Positions 61,494-64,000 of a DNA stretch of 64,000 nt are shown here, piece by piece. Origin of the DNA: Trypethelium eluteriae. Taxonomy: Eukaryota. The position numbers and the translations under genes were made by a program. Numbering within the stretch: the first letter of the stretch is position 1; each line of letters begins with the position of its first letter. The stretch is taken from contig JAVECL010000058.1 in assembly GCA_051942245.1 (NCBI GenBank), forward strand, positions 1-64,000, written 5' to 3'. A model generated the notes under the pieces. The model made no database searches. It was not told the origin of the DNA and worked only from the letters and a program-made list of their open reading frames with translations.

Positions 61494-61983
61494 ATGCCTT
61501 ACCGCATAATGGGTACCCACAACAACATGGCCGCAATTGCCCCAAGCATTGAGTGCGTCCGCGAGAAAGGCAATGTCCCGAATGAAATTTCCCGGGAGGA
61601 TATGGTCGTCTTCGATGAGCCTGACGGGCATGGTTCGGACGCACTCAACGTGCTGCGTACTACTCACACGCCTTGCTCTTGGTGCTCTCACGCCAGACAG
61701 CGCATCACGGTGAAGGTGAAGAACAATGATCATTACGAAGTCCATTATCGGATTGGCCGTGATGAACCGATGGTGGAGCTGATGAAGCGCTACAAGGCAC
61801 GTACCGGACTGGAGGATCTTCGATTTTCAGTCGACGAAGAGCGACTTACGGACGACGCTACGGCTGATTCTGTAAGCCCCCCTCATCTGGGATTTTGCAT
61901 ACCTTCAGGTACTGACCCATTGTTAGCTCTATCTGGAGGACGGCGATATCATCGATGTCTTCACCGGAAGTTATGGCGGATAA
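61494..61983 (+). CDS. SUMO-like protein 2 (up to 144 aa, ends in GG-stop)
   Basis: RITVKVKNNDHYEVHYRIGRDEPMVELMKRYKARTGLEDLRFSVDEERLTDDATADS | intron 61872-61926 | LYLEDGDIIDVFTGSYGG*. Several alternative in-frame ATGs. Confidence 0.85.
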
Positions 61984-62631
61984 AGACGTGGAGTAGAGGA
62001 TGAGCGGCCATGCAGCAGGATGTTCTTTCTTTGGGAACTTGGTGATAGCAGGATTTGCTGCCGAACTGAACGGCTGCTCGTAGAGATGTCTATGGGGTTT
62101 GCCTTCTCACTTACCCAACTACAGATCATATGGTCTTTCACCAGGTAGCTAGACCTTTGCCTACTAAGTTCAGAATGATTGTTCTACACAATCCCCCGAA
62201 CTAGACGGTCAATCCTCTGGTGTCATGTAGGAAATCTCCGCTCACTTCGCTGTCCATTCTCGACCACCATATTGAGCTCAATGACGTCTACTCCGCATTC
62301 ATGTGGCACATCCTCGTCTGGTTGCCATCACCTTCTCCTGTGTACCTCAACTTTCTAAATACTTCGTGTTTCTGCCTTCGGCACCCATTGTCTTTCTTTC
62401 GTCGCTCTTGTCTCCATCTACTTAGGAACAAACCTGGCGCTCAGAGAGTCGAACATACAAAGCTCTCGGCCTCCCTTTCGCTGATTTTTTAGACAAGTCT
62501 CGCCCTTTCGAGTTCACACACTCTCGCATCACATGACAGCGTCCTGTTGTTTTGCGTAAGTCTTCCAAAGAGGCCGGCCTAGACCCACCCACTACCACTA
62601 ACACTGTAACATCACAGAACATAGAAACTAG

Positions 62632-63216
62632 ATGGCGCCCCGTATTAAGTGGAAGGGACCGAAGAGGGCACTCCGTCTGAAGCAAGATCCCGACGCAGCG
62701 GATGATCCTAACGACCCTACCTACAATCCAAAAGCGAAGCAACCATCAAAGATTTTGAGCCGCAGTAGCCGAGTGTCCAAAAAATCTCAACGAACTCAGA
62801 CGCCTCGCCGAGCTCGAAGTCCTCGGATCAAGCGCGAGGCTGGAAGCCCGAGCCCAACAGATGGAGGAAACCCTGGAGCGAAGCGAGGCAACCGTCGGAA
62901 GGTGAAGGAGGCTGGCGATATTCAAGTCACCGTCCAAGAAAATGCTACCGAATATCGGCTTATCTTATACGTAAAGCGTACAGACCCAGTGGGAGAAGTA
63001 ATGGCGCTTTGGAGAGAGAAATGGCCCGGTCTGTCGGAGCCCCGTTTCTTCCTCGGAGACGAGAGACTTCTGGATACTAACGCCACTTATACGGAGGCAA
63101 GTCACTCACTGTTCGTCATTTGGGTTAGCCACTAATGCTTGGAGTAGCTCGAAGTGGAAGACGGTGAAGTGATTCGTGTCTTCTATGAGGTGACGGGCGG
63201 GGGATGCATCGGCTGA
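62632..63216 (+). CDS. SUMO-like protein 3 (177 aa, basic N-terminal arm, GG plus short tail, GC-AG intron)
   Basis: DIQVTVQE..LYVKRTDPVGEVM..PRFFLGDERLLDTNATYTE | intron 63097-63147 (GCAAGT..CTAAT..TAG) | LEVEDGEVIRVFYEVTGGGCIG*. Confidence 0.8.
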
Positions 63217-64000
63217 CTGAGAGGTGGAGATCATCGCCGCGAATGGACGGGAGCAGGCCAAGGTCAGCAGCTAGCGCTTTGTATTTTGGCTCTCTGAAGA
63301 ACGGAAGATGCTGAACGCCCACGATTAGGTGTTAATCGTTTGGGAGGAAGAGAGGGTAGCGCATGTCTTTGAAGCTATGCCCTGCAAGAGGAGGGATATT
63401 CTGCCCCTCTCGCTTGCCAAATCGCGGACAGCGATACTTTCACGAACTTGGCTTGTGAATTGGGGACTCACTGCCTGATGCCTCGTATCTTTTCGTTTCT
63501 GGCGCGTCTTAATCACTTGTTCATCGAGGTCTTAGCTCGTCACCCTCATTGGTCGTAATTTCCTTTCATCAGTATTTACACTAAATGGCTGAAATATAGA
63601 ATTCCGCTGTAAATCATTGCTACACATATGACACCTATCTGAACAATATCAGTCTTCAGCCGTATCTCACTTTTTCTGACAGCAGGTATCACTATGTACT
63701 TTCACTTGGACTTGGACCTACCAATCGTGGACACGTCTCGTGAGCACTCCACTGCTGCAATACTACATCTCGTCGTAATACGCCGAGAAGGTCATCTGGT
63801 GCGACGTGATGCCCTTTTATACTTATGGTGAGTTCTCGCAAAGATGTTCCAAGATTGAAATTCACTTCTCATGTCAAAAACAGCGTTAAATTCGCCCAAC
63901 AAAACCAGAAGTGCAGGGTCCAAGTAGGAAATTAAAAGCAAACGATAGACAAGCTAGGAGCGCAAATAGAGGTCTCCTATCCCATACAAAGCCGTTTCCA

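Noticed and set aside
60357..63216. The three SUMO-like units as exons of one Rad60/Esc2 or poly-SUMO gene
   Set aside because: Each unit has its own ATG and a stop closing exon 2, with 650-700 bp spacers; two retain GG.
63325..63660. Possible minus-strand gene end at the right edge
   Set aside because: Frames are interrupted by stops and nothing is recognisable.

Overview
Eukaryotic DNA from a filamentous ascomycete (Pezizomycotina): short GT-AG introns with CTRAY-type branch points, Zn2Cys6 factors and fungal housekeeping genes. About 1-29 kb is mostly core or metabolic: mitochondrial Lon (runs off the left edge, absent from the ORF track), Fe-ADH, a non-canonical TPI, MET13, an AlcS/GPR1-type transporter, a Zn2Cys6+NmrA pair, a secreted metallo-beta-lactamase, Prd1-type M3 peptidase, AAT, Ufe1 and an MFS pump. 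About 29.5-48 kb looks accessory: a pogo/Fot1 remnant, an IFI27-like gene, a broken ankyrin-deaminase, secreted small proteins and an APH-like gene with a nonsense codon. The right end has a HET-like membrane protein, an AlcR-like factor, a GDSL/CE16 esterase and a Ser/Thr-rich membrane protein. Best candidate for a new system: a tandem array of three divergent SUMO-like genes (60.3-63.2 kb) sharing one intron position but with different C-termini (GG replaced by RR; GG-stop; GG plus tail). Four ~1 kb GC-rich islands with a C-rich to G-rich switch also overlay coding sequence regardless of gene strand. Family calls rest on motifs recognised by eye and exon boundaries are hand-read; no database searches were run.
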